A DNA stretch of 64,000 nucleotides from an uncultured Clostridium sp. (GCA_947646915.1 CANSII010000001.1:9635-73634), one strand, 5' to 3'; shown: positions 54,160 to 63,825, counted from the first letter of the stretch. Notes: generated from the letters alone by a model not told the origin. Made by a program: numbers and translations.

Positions 54160-54846
54160 ATGAAAATAATAAGAAGAATAATATTATTTATATTAATAAT
54201 TATAATAACAGTAAGTTCAGTTGTATTATTAGTTGGACATACACATTATTCAAAAGCATTAAAAGAAAAACCATTAATTACACGAATTGAAGAAATAACC
54301 AGTAAAGAAAACTATACAAAATTCGATCAAATGGCACCATATTACAGAAATGCAGTAATAAGTGTAGAAGATCATAGATATTATAGTCATGGTCCAGTAG
54401 ATTTTATTGCAGTTGGACGAGCTATGTTTGTGAATATTAAAAATAGAGAATTTAAAGAAGGTGGAAGTACAATTACACAACAAGTTGCCAAAAATCTTAT
54501 ATTAACGCAAGAACAAACATGGATAAGAAAAATTGCAGAAATATTTGCAGCATATGATTTAGAAAAAAATTATACAAAAAATGAAATTTTCGAACTGTAT
54601 GTAAATACATCCTATTTTGGAGATGGGTATTATGGAATTTACCAAGCAAGTCAAGGATATTATCAAAAAAATCCTAAAGATTTAAATTTAGATGAAGCTT
54701 CAATGCTAGCGGGAGTACCAAATGCTCCATCTGTTTATGCTCCTACAATAAACCCTAGCCTAGCAAAAAAACGTCAATATCATGTTATAAATAAAATGTT
54801 AGAATATGGATATATTACAAAAGATGAAGCATTATCTATAGAGTAA
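54160..54846 (+). CDS. Monofunctional peptidoglycan transglycosylase (GT51)
   Basis: EDHRYYSH, GGSTITQQVAKN, RKIAE, ELYVNTSYFG. Confidence 0.92.
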   Translation: MKIIRRIILFILIIIITVSSVVLLVGHTHYSKALKEKPLITRIEEITSKENYTKFDQMAPYYRNAVISVEDHRYYSHGPVDFIAVGRAMFVNIKNREFKEGGSTITQQVAKNLILTQEQTWIRKIAEIFAAYDLEKNYTKNEIFELYVNTSYFGDGYYGIYQASQGYYQKNPKDLNLDEASMLAGVPNAPSVYAPTINPSLAKKRQYHVINKMLEYGYITKDEALSIE

Positions 54847-54874
54847 TCTTATATAATAATATAGGTGAATAAAA

Positions 54875-55687
54875 ATGAAAAAATTATTTAATACAAAAGT
54901 AATTGTAATTAAAAAAAAATTTATCTATATTTCAATAATAATATTTATAATAGTATTAAGCATTACTACTTTATTAGCTTTTAATAACACATTCTCTTTT
55001 GCACTTGAACTAGATAAGAAATCATTTTTTACTATAGATGTAGATACTACATTAGATATAATTACAAAATCTGATGAAAAAAAAGCATATTTAACATTTG
55101 ATGATGGACCAACAACAAAAGCAACTACTAAAATATTAGATATACTGAAAGAAGAAAATGTAAAAGCTACATTTTTCGTTGTAGGAAAACATGTTAAAGA
55201 AAATCCTGAGATTGTCAAAAGAGAACATGATGAAGGGCATTATATTGCTAATCATGGTTATAATCATAATAATAAACTCTTATATAAAAATATGGACAGT
55301 TTTAGAAATGAAATTATACAAACTGATTTAGAAATTTCAAAAGCAACTGGAATTAATAATTATAGTTCTCATATATTTAGATTTCCAAATGGTTATATGT
55401 CACATGTTTATACAAGCAAGAAAAAAGAAGCACTTAATGTTCTATCTAATTTAAATTATGTTTATGTTGATTGGAATTGTTTAAATAAGGATTCTGAAAC
55501 AAAATATTCGAATACGCAATTATTAAACAACTTAAAAAAATCAGCAAAAAATAAAGGAACTTTAATTGTGTTAATGCATGACACTGCTGATGTTAATAAA
55601 ACTTATAATGTTTTAAAAGATTCTATTGATTATTTAAAATCACAAGGATATTTATTCAGCACTTTTTATGATTTTATAAAGATATAA
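54875..55687 (+). CDS. Polysaccharide deacetylase (CE4)
   Basis: YLTFDDGP, ATFFVVG, NHGYNH, FRFPNG, LMHD. Confidence 0.92.
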   Translation: MKKLFNTKVIVIKKKFIYISIIIFIIVLSITTLLAFNNTFSFALELDKKSFFTIDVDTTLDIITKSDEKKAYLTFDDGPTTKATTKILDILKEENVKATFFVVGKHVKENPEIVKREHDEGHYIANHGYNHNNKLLYKNMDSFRNEIIQTDLEISKATGINNYSSHIFRFPNGYMSHVYTSKKKEALNVLSNLNYVYVDWNCLNKDSETKYSNTQLLNNLKKSAKNKGTLIVLMHDTADVNKTYNVLKDSIDYLKSQGYLFSTFYDFIKI

Positions 55688-55918
55688 TTTAAATAATTAT
55701 ATTTTCTAAAGAAAATTATTGATTTTTCCTATAATAATAGAAAAGTGAAAATTCACTTTTCTTTTTTTCATTTTATTAGTTTGTTGTCTATTTATTTTCT
55801 TTTTGTTATTTTCAATCTATTACCAATTGGTTAATTATTTTTAATTCATTTATATTTTAGGTAAATATTGTAGAACTCATGAGTTATGTCTCTATAATAT
55901 TGAATATAGGAGGTTTCT

Positions 55919-56293
55919 ATGGATTTCAATGTGGAAAAATTTAGCTATAGGTTAACTGTTTTATTAGAAGAACATAATATGACTCAAACTCAATTAGCAA
56001 AGAAAATAGGTACGACAAATGTCACAATTTGTAGATATCTTACTTGTGAAAGAGTTCCACGTTTAGATGTTGTAACTAAAATTGCTTCTTTCTTTAATGT
56101 TTCATTAGATTATTTACTTGGAATTTGTAATGATAAGGATATAAAACCTTCTAGTGGAAATTCTGATTTAGATTTAGCAATTTTAATAAAAAGATTTTAT
56201 TCTTTGGATAAAAATTCTAATCTGTCAAAGAGTCAAATTGAATTAATTAAAAAAATACTATTAGCAAATAAAGACTTTATTCTATCAGCTTGA
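55919..56293 (+). CDS. XRE-family transcriptional regulator
   Basis: MTQTQLAKKIG...FNVSLDYLLG. Confidence 0.88.
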   Translation: MDFNVEKFSYRLTVLLEEHNMTQTQLAKKIGTTNVTICRYLTCERVPRLDVVTKIASFFNVSLDYLLGICNDKDIKPSSGNSDLDLAILIKRFYSLDKNSNLSKSQIELIKKILLANKDFILSA

Positions 56294-56387
56294 AAATGCT
56301 AGTATGAAAATTTTTTGTTTTTCCTATAAAATTACTAAAGTGACATTAAAGGTTTACTAAAAATTTAAACTTTTAATGCCACTTTTA

Positions 56388-57639
56388 TTATTTGACTATT
56401 TCAAAATCCCATTCATCAAATTCAACATAATTTGTTGCTGGAGGACCTAATTTATAAGTCCCTTTAGTAAAATAATGTGTTCCATATTTTTGTTTATTAT
56501 TTATTTGCTGTAATGTATGATATAAATTATATTTTCCATTTTCAAGTCTATAAAAATTTATCTTTTGTCCACTACTTCCACCAGAATCTTTATAAATGTT
56601 ACTTGAAAATGAGATATTTACATTTTCAAATAATGTAAAATATGAATAATGAGATTTATCTAATAATAATGCACCATAACTATTTGGCTTACTATACTTA
56701 CCATCTGTTAATGCAGGAAGTGCTTTAATTCCTCCGAATAAATTCACATATAGAATTTTCTTGAGCCCATAATGCATATAATGTAATATCACTTGATCCC
56801 ATGTTTAAAGTATTTTCTCCATCTTCAACATATCTTAATTCTCTTGAAGTACTTGTTGTTGTCCAACCTACAAATTTATAATTTTCTCTTGTTGGAGCTG
56901 GTGAAAAACTTAAATTTACAATTTCATTAGGATCTGCAAATTGTTGTTGTGGAACTTCTCCTACTCCTCCATTAATATCATATGTTATTGAAGGTTTCCA
57001 TACAGGAGTAACAGCTAAATATGAAGGACCTGCATGATTTCCATCTACCAATCTAACATAAACTTGTGTACCACTTGGAACTTCAATCGAACTTATATCT
57101 TGCCAATTTGAATTATCTGTACTTATTTGAATTTTAAATTCAGTATCTGTTGTAAAATTTACTGTTGCATTTTTACCTGTCCATGTTATTGTATGTTTAG
57201 TATTTTTACTACAATCCATATCTGCCAAATCAATTATACTAACTTCTCCACTATCTGAAATTATAATTTTATATTGTTTTCCATTTGTTGTTTCATAATA
57301 TAAACCATCATTATCACCTTTTATATGACTTCCATTTGTTGTTTTTAATCCTTCTGCATTTTCCTTTACTTTATTTTCTACATATTGATTAAAAGGTATA
57401 TTTATATCGTTTTCTGATACATAATAATCAGTTTTTAATTCTTCTATTAGTAGTATAGTATCTTCTTTTATTTGTTCTTTAATTGTTTTACTTTTTGCTT
57501 CATTAGCTCTATTTATTAACCCATTTTCTCCAGTAATAGCAACTATTGTTATCCCTGCTAAAATTAAAAGTATAATTATAGTTATAACTAGTGCTATTAA
57601 TGTTATTCCCTTACTCTTATTCATAATTACCCTCTCCAT
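56388..57639 (-). CDS. Type IV pilin-like surface protein with an InlB B-repeat-like domain, ~416 aa after +1 shift at CGG 56736-56734
   Basis: KGITLIALVITIIILLILAGI prepilin-like N-terminus; ITYDINGG..PTRENYKFVGW..ITLYALW. Confidence 0.7.
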
Positions 57640-57644
57640 TTTAT

Positions 57645-57800
57645 TTAATTTTTGGTTCCATTGACTTTTATTATAAGTGTCTTATCTCTTGCTTTATATA
57701 CTATCTTATTAATTTTACTAAAATGTAATTCTCTCTTTCTCTCTTTCTTTTTCAGAGTGTCAAGTATTACATAATTTTTCATTTTTTCAATCTTTTTCAT
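57645..57800 (-). CDS. Putative 51-aa leader ORF with a degenerate GA repeat
   Basis: AAGGAG SD; MKKIEKMKNYVILDTLKKKERKRELHF...; stops just before the pilin start. Confidence 0.4.
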   Translation of the reverse strand: MKKIEKMKNYVILDTLKKKERKRELHFSKINKIVYKARDKTLIIKVNGTKN

Positions 57801-57865
57801 TTGTAATTTACTCCTTTTTTGTTTAATTATATAATTAATAATTAGATTTTACAACAATTTTTTTA

Positions 57866-57943
57866 TTTAAGTTTCGTTTTTTTGAAAAAAATATATATTT
57901 TTTTCTATAATCAAATTTGAAAAATAAAAAACCGAAACTTAAA
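57866..57943. repeat. Core-less family A shell
   Basis: TTTAAGTTTCG...AAAATATATATTTTTTTCTATA...CGAAACTTAAA, as in 53863-54076. Confidence 0.6.
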
Positions 57944-58026
57944 TTCAAAAATAATTGTAAAATATTTAAAATTATGATAGTATATAAAATAAAAAAAGAC
58001 TGAGTAAATCGAAAGGATGAAAAATA

Positions 58027-59796
58027 ATGTACAGAACAAAAACATGTGGAGAATTAAAACTAGAAAATAAAAATGAAACTGTAGAACTAGCAGGATGGAT
58101 ACAAAAGATTAGGAACTTAGGAGGAATGATATTTATAGACTTAAGAGACCAATTCGGAATAACACAAATAATCATAAATGATGAAGAATTACAACAACAA
58201 GCAAAAGAGCTTACAACTGAAACATGTATCTATATTAATGGAACAGTTGTGGAAAGAAGCAATAAAAATGAAAAAATATCAACAGGAGAAATAGAAGTAA
58301 TAGCAAATAATATAGAAATATTAGGAAAATGCAAAAATACATTACCATTTGAAATAAATACAGAACAAGAAGTAAGAGAAGATTTAAGATTAGAATATAG
58401 ATTTTTAGATCTAAGAAACGAAAAATTACACAATTCAATATTAATACGTTCAAAAATACTTAAAGCATTAAGAGATAAAATGGACGAAATTGGATTTGCT
58501 GAAATACAAACACCTATATTAGCAAACTCATCACCAGAAGGAGCTAGAGACTACTTAGTACCAAGTAGATTACATGCTGGTGAATTTTATGCATTACCAC
58601 AGGCACCACAACAATTTAAGCAATTATTAATGGTATCTGGATTTGATAAATATTTTCAAATAGCACCATGTTTCAGAGATGAAGATCCACGTGCAGATAG
58701 AGCACCTGGTGAATTTTATCAATTAGACTTTGAAATGTCATTTAGTACTCAAGAAGATGTATTTAAAGTATTAGAGAATGTTGTTCCAAATACATTTGAA
58801 AAATTTTCAAATTGGAAAGTAGATAAAGGTCCATTTATTAAAATACCATATAAAGAAGCCATGGAAAAATACGGAATTGATAAACCTGATTTAAGAAATC
58901 CATTAATAATTCAAGATGTAACAGAATGTTTTAAAACCTCAGAATTTAAAGCATTTGAAGGAAAAACAGTAAAAGCAATAATTGTTCCAAATGGAGCTGA
59001 ACAAGGAAGAAAATTCTTTGATAAAATGACAGAATTTGTTATATCAGACGAAGTTGGAGCTAAAGGATTAGCATGGACAAAATATGAAAAAACAGGAGAA
59101 ATAACGGGCGGAATTTCAAAATTTATAACAGATGAAATAAAAGAAAAATTAGAAAACAACTATGGAATGACAAAAAATTCAAGTGTTTTCTTTATAGCCG
59201 ATGAATTTAAAACAGCACAGAAAATATCAGGATTAGTAAGAATAGAATTAGGAAAAAGATTAGATTTATTAGAAAAAGAAATTTACAAATTTTGCTGGAT
59301 AATCGATTTTCCAATGTATGAATTATCTGATGAAGGAACAATAGACTTTAACCATAATCCTTTCTCAATGCCACAAGGAGGAATGGAAAGTTTAGAAAAA
59401 AAGGATCCTTTAGATATATTAGCATATCAATATGATTTAGTATGTAATGGATATGAAATGGCATCAGGTGCAGTAAGGAATCACAATCCTGAAATAATGG
59501 TAAAAGCATTTGAAATAGCTGGATATACAGAAGAAGATGTAAAAAATAGATTTGGAGCATTATATAATGCTTTCCAATATGGAACACCACCACATGCAGG
59601 AGCAGCAGCAGGAGTAGACAGAATAGTAATGTTAATAGAAGATTCTCAAAATATACGAGAAGTAATAGCATTTCCTAAAAATAAAAAAGCTCGTGACTTA
59701 TTAATGAGAGCTCCATCAAAAGTAACAGATCAACAGCTTAAAGATGTACATATAAAGTTAGATATTAATAATAACGAAACTTTACGGATAACTTAG
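58027..59796 (+). CDS. aspS: Aspartate-tRNA ligase
   Basis: MYRTKTCGEL, FIDLRD, PEGARDYLVPSR, ALPQAPQQFKQLLM, CFRDED, PPHAG. Confidence 0.97.
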   Translation: MYRTKTCGELKLENKNETVELAGWIQKIRNLGGMIFIDLRDQFGITQIIINDEELQQQAKELTTETCIYINGTVVERSNKNEKISTGEIEVIANNIEILGKCKNTLPFEINTEQEVREDLRLEYRFLDLRNEKLHNSILIRSKILKALRDKMDEIGFAEIQTPILANSSPEGARDYLVPSRLHAGEFYALPQAPQQFKQLLMVSGFDKYFQIAPCFRDEDPRADRAPGEFYQLDFEMSFSTQEDVFKVLENVVPNTFEKFSNWKVDKGPFIKIPYKEAMEKYGIDKPDLRNPLIIQDVTECFKTSEFKAFEGKTVKAIIVPNGAEQGRKFFDKMTEFVISDEVGAKGLAWTKYEKTGEITGGISKFITDEIKEKLENNYGMTKNSSVFFIADEFKTAQKISGLVRIELGKRLDLLEKEIYKFCWIIDFPMYELSDEGTIDFNHNPFSMPQGGMESLEKKDPLDILAYQYDLVCNGYEMASGAVRNHNPEIMVKAFEIAGYTEEDVKNRFGALYNAFQYGTPPHAGAAAGVDRIVMLIEDSQNIREVIAFPKNKKARDLLMRAPSKVTDQQLKDVHIKLDINNNETLRIT

Positions 59797-59837
59797 ACAA
59801 ATTTGCATATAAATAATAAGAAAAGGAGGAAAATGAA

Positions 59838-60095
59838 ATGGAATATAGATATGAACCAAGAGGAGTATGTTCATATGAAATGATAATAGATGTTGATGGT
59901 GATATAATAAAAAAAGTAACAATTCAAGGAGGTTGTGCTGGAAATACAGTTGGAGTATCAAGATTAGTTGAAGGAATGAAAATACAAGAAGCTATAACAA
60001 GACTAAAAGGCATTCCATGTGGAATGAGACAAACATCTTGCCCAGATCAATTATCAAAAGCACTTGAAGAAATACTAGATAAAATAAAGATGTAG
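59838..60095 (+). CDS. TSCPD-domain protein (TIGR03905-like)
   Basis: PRGVCS, GGCAGN, GIPCG..TSCPDQL. Confidence 0.9.
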   Translation: MEYRYEPRGVCSYEMIIDVDGDIIKKVTIQGGCAGNTVGVSRLVEGMKIQEAITRLKGIPCGMRQTSCPDQLSKALEEILDKIKM

Positions 60096-60146
60096 ATGTA
60101 GAATTATAACTAAAATTATAATATTAATATAAGAGGAGAATTAATT

Positions 60147-60521
60147 ATGAAATTTGTAAATAGATTAAGTAATAACAAAAAAAATCCAAATCCAAATCCA
60201 AATTTAGATTCTTCAGAAGTACTTAAAATTCGTAATCATGCAATAAATGAACAACATGGCTATACTAATAATAATCATCATGAAAGTAGCAATAACGAAT
60301 TTCAGTATTTAAAAACATCAACTAAACCTATAAAAACTATACAATCTATAGATAAAGAAATTGAAGAAACTAAAAATGCTATCGCCACTACACCTGCTTC
60401 GCATCGTACAAAAAGGATACAACTACTAAAAAAACTTAACCAATTATATGATGAAAAAGAAAAATTAGAATATAAAAAAAACAAAACTCATTTAACTAAT
60501 AATGATGATTTATCAAAATAA
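60147..60521 (+). CDS. Hypothetical protein
   Basis: GAGGAG SD; 124-aa ORF. Confidence 0.6.
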   Translation: MKFVNRLSNNKKNPNPNPNLDSSEVLKIRNHAINEQHGYTNNNHHESSNNEFQYLKTSTKPIKTIQSIDKEIEETKNAIATTPASHRTKRIQLLKKLNQLYDEKEKLEYKKNKTHLTNNDDLSK

Positions 60522-60539
60522 TTTAAAATAAAATAAAAA

Positions 60540-61487
60540 ATGGAGAAAAATATGCCAAAAGAAATTTTTGATTTTTATGATAGAACAAATTTAAAATCTT
60601 ACAATTTAAATAAAACAATGCAATATCAATTAAATATACTAGGAAGTTTGGACATGTTTACACGTAAACATTCAGAAAATGTTGCTGCAATAACATGTAG
60701 AATCTGTGAATTTTTGCATTGTAATAAAAGTTTTACGGAATATTGTACAATATGTGCCTATTTGCATGATGTTGGTAAGCAATTTATCCCGACTAAAGTC
60801 TTGCAAAAAACTTCTGCACTTACTGATGAAGAATACGAAATTATTAAAACTCATACAACTATTGGCAATAAAATATGTATGGATGATTTAAAATTAAGAC
60901 CTTATGCTGCAGGTGCAATTTATCATCATGAAGCATTAAATGGAACTGGATATCCTAGAGGACTTGTAAAAAAAGACATTCCATATGAAGGTCAAATCAT
61001 TCGTGTTGCTGATGAATATGATGCTATGGTTAGTAAAAGACAATATAAATCACATATGAATATATCTGAAGTATTAAACATTTTAATAACAGAAGCTAAA
61101 CCTACTAAAAATAGTAAAGTTCCTGTTAAAGATGATAAATATGGTAAAATAAATCCTGTTATTTTAAAAGCTTTAATGAGTGTTGTTATATGTGATACAG
61201 AATATGAAATTTCATGTATTATGAATTATCTTAAAGATGTAAAAAGTGAAATAAAAAGATTAAAACAAGTTGAAAAATATGATATTAAAAGAAAAACTGC
61301 AAAAACCGAAAAGAAACAAAATTATTATTTAGAAGGTATGAAAATTTTTCTTGGAACTAATGAAACACCTGATAACTATTCAGAAATTTTGTCTTCTTAT
61401 GAAAATATCTTAAATACTAAAAATAAACATGTTGATGATTTATTTAATGAAATTAAAACTATAAAAAAATTAAAAAGTAAAGTTTAA
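60540..61487 (+). CDS. HD-GYP domain protein
   Basis: HSENVA, LHDVGK, HHEALNGTGYP, VADEYDAM. Confidence 0.88.
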   Translation: MEKNMPKEIFDFYDRTNLKSYNLNKTMQYQLNILGSLDMFTRKHSENVAAITCRICEFLHCNKSFTEYCTICAYLHDVGKQFIPTKVLQKTSALTDEEYEIIKTHTTIGNKICMDDLKLRPYAAGAIYHHEALNGTGYPRGLVKKDIPYEGQIIRVADEYDAMVSKRQYKSHMNISEVLNILITEAKPTKNSKVPVKDDKYGKINPVILKALMSVVICDTEYEISCIMNYLKDVKSEIKRLKQVEKYDIKRKTAKTEKKQNYYLEGMKIFLGTNETPDNYSEILSSYENILNTKNKHVDDLFNEIKTIKKLKSKV

Positions 61488-61600
61488 TGTCCAAGGGGAA
61501 TGTCCAAAAGGGGCGTTTCCTTTCTCTTCGCTTTGCTCCGTTCATCATCCTACAAAACTTTTTTCAATAATTTCATCTGCTCAAATGTTCCATTGGACAT
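61487..61600. repeat. Cluster of REP-like palindromes
   Basis: TGTCCAAAAGGGGCGTTTCC and TTGGACA flank a degenerate copy of the 5688-type unit. Confidence 0.6.
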
Positions 61601-61619
61601 TCTATTCTTCTTTTAGACA

Positions 61620-61970
61620 TTATTCTTCTAAACCAAAACTTACTCCTAAAGCATTGTTTACTCTATTAATAATAGTTTCATCTTCAATGTGACCAATCTT
61701 TTCTTTCAATCTACTTTTATCTATAGTTCTAATCTGTTCAGCTAAAATAACAGAATTATTCTTTAAACCACAATCTTCTGAATCTATTTCTATATGTGTT
61801 GGTAGTTTTGTTTTATTTGTTTGTGAAGTAATTGCAGCAGCAATTACTGTTGGACTATATTTGTTGCCTAAGTCATTTTGAATTATCAAAACAGGTCTTA
61901 TTCCTCCCTGTTCTGAACCAACAACTGGACTTAGATCTGCATAAAACATATCTCCTCTTTTTACTATCAT
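61620..61970 (-). CDS. mazF: MazF/NdoA endoribonuclease toxin
   Basis: [51 protein letters not shown]. Confidence 0.95.
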   Translation of the reverse strand: MIVKRGDMFYADLSPVVGSEQGGIRPVLIIQNDLGNKYSPTVIAAAITSQTNKTKLPTHIEIDSEDCGLKNNSVILAEQIRTIDKSRLKEKIGHIEDETIINRVNNALGVSFGLEE

Positions 61971-62040
61971 TTTTCTTCACTCCTAATACCATATATGTCA
62001 AGAATGTGTTTTGCATATTAGTTTGAAGATAAATATTTTT

Positions 62041-62709
62041 CTAAATTTCTTTTTGTTTATCAAATAATTGGAATGCATATACTTTTTTATTTTTTTGTTC
62101 ATTTATATTTATCTCATTATATATTATGTAAATAATAGTATTTTTGTTAGTATCTTTTATTTCTAAATTAACTGGATTTCCTGTATCTTTTGAAATTTTT
62201 AAAGTTTCATATTTTTGATAATTATTTTCTGTTGCTACTGTTGTTTCCATTATTATAAAATTATCTTTTTCTGTAAATCTTGAATTATTATTATTTTTAT
62301 AATTCTCAACAAAACTTATTAAATCTAAATTATTTCCAGTTATTTCATTATAATTATCAATTATTTTTGATAAACTTAATTTTGTATTTTCTATTGTTAA
62401 ATTATTTTCTTCTTTTATTATTTTTACTCCTTGTATATTAGATGGTTCAATCACTTCTTGTGACGATATTTTATCCTTTATGTACTTTTGTTTTATTTTA
62501 TATTTATTACTATTTTTATTGCTTTGTACTTCTATTTCTATTTCACATTCATATGAACTAATATTTAAAATGTTATCTACTATTTCTTGACTACTAGTAT
62601 TTTTCCCAATTTTTGATTTTTTACCCGTATTATTTAAAAATATTGTTACAATTATTCCAATTACTATAATAATTATTAACACTATTATTATTTTTTTGCT
62701 TTTCAACAT
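62041..62709 (-). CDS. Membrane-anchored LolA-fold/GerS-like protein
   Basis: N-terminal TM; ISSYECEIEIEVQSNKNSNKY..KQ..EVIEPSNIQG. Confidence 0.55.
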   Translation of the reverse strand: MLKSKKIIIVLIIIIVIGIIVTIFLNNTGKKSKIGKNTSSQEIVDNILNISSYECEIEIEVQSNKNSNKYKIKQKYIKDKISSQEVIEPSNIQGVKIIKEENNLTIENTKLSLSKIIDNYNEITGNNLDLISFVENYKNNNNSRFTEKDNFIIMETTVATENNYQKYETLKISKDTGNPVNLEIKDTNKNTIIYIIYNEININEQKNKKVYAFQLFDKQKEI

Positions 62710-62737
62710 AAAAAAACCTCCTAAAAATTAATTGTTA

Positions 62738-63763
62738 TTAATTTTTATTCGGTTTATTATTTTTTATGTCCAATTGGATTCTGTCCCCAATTGAATATTT
62801 AAAAAATTCTTCTATTTTAGCAATAAATTCATCTTTATTTTCAATCTGATTTATTTTATTTCTAAATTCACTTGAATTTGGCATATTTTTTGCATACCAA
62901 GCAATATGTTTTCTTAATTCTCTTAAAGCTGTAATTTCTTCTTTTTCTTCAAGTTCATATTTAATATGTTCTTTAACAACTCTTAATTTTTCTTCATTTG
63001 AAATATCGGGAAGGATCTTTCCATTTTCTAAAAAATACTTAATTCTTTTAAAAATCCAAGGATTACCAAAACATCCTCTACCTATCATAATCCCATCTAC
63101 ACCTGTATATTCAAACATTTTTAAAGCTGATTGTTCATCAACTATATCTCCATTTCCTATTACAGGAATCTTAACTGCATCTTTTACTTTTTTTATAATA
63201 TCTAAATCTGCCTTACCTGAATACATTTCAGTTCTAGTCCTACCATGTACTGTAATTGCTGATATACCTGCGTTTTCTGCCATTTGTGCATATTCTATTG
63301 CTATAATATTGCTTAAATCCCATCCCTTTCTTATCTTTAAAGTTACAGGTTTCTTAGAATTTTTCACAACTGCTCTTACAATTTTCTCTGCCTTATTTAT
63401 ATCTAATAATAGTTTACTACCATCTCCATTTTTTACAACTTTTGGAGCAGGACATCCCATATTTATATCAACTATATCAGTTAATTCATTTATATAACTA
63501 GTAGCATATCCCATTGTTTCTTCATCACTACCAAAAATTTGCATACTAATTGGCCTTTTTTCTCCTTCTGTTCTCATTAGTAACTTTGTTTTTGAATCAT
63601 TATAAAAAATTGCCTTACTACTAATCATTTCTGTACATACTAAACCTGGATCAAATTGCTTACATATTTTTCTAAATGACAGGTCTGTTACACCTGCCAT
63701 TGGAGCTAATATTAAATTATTTTCTAATTCTACATTTCCTATTTTTAACTTTTTTAAATACAT
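62738..63763 (-). CDS. dusB: tRNA-dihydrouridine synthase
   Basis: LAPMAGVTD, DINMGCPAPKV, TVHGRTR, IGNGDI, MIGRG..GNPW; start taken at MYLKK. Confidence 0.93.
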   Translation of the reverse strand: MYLKKLKIGNVELENNLILAPMAGVTDLSFRKICKQFDPGLVCTEMISSKAIFYNDSKTKLLMRTEGEKRPISMQIFGSDEETMGYATSYINELTDIVDINMGCPAPKVVKNGDGSKLLLDINKAEKIVRAVVKNSKKPVTLKIRKGWDLSNIIAIEYAQMAENAGISAITVHGRTRTEMYSGKADLDIIKKVKDAVKIPVIGNGDIVDEQSALKMFEYTGVDGIMIGRGCFGNPWIFKRIKYFLENGKILPDISNEEKLRVVKEHIKYELEEKEEITALRELRKHIAWYAKNMPNSSEFRNKINQIENKDEFIAKIEEFFKYSIGDRIQLDIKNNKPNKN

Positions 63764-63825
63764 TTCTTTCACCTGTGCTAAATAGTCATTTTTGTCCAAA
63801 AAGAAACGTCCCTATTGGACACATA

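Noticed and set aside
4544..56736. Simple CGG amino-acid reassignment, or homopolymer sequencing errors, as the cause of the split genes
   Set aside because: Reassignment cannot restore the frame. The extra base is a lone C, always in codon phase before GGN. Error is unlikely but not excluded without reads.
1070..59796. AGG as a second frameshifting codon
   Set aside because: In-frame AGG occurs in intact regions of cI, the integrase, the ABC gene, the PBP, the glucan synthase and aspS with no frame change.
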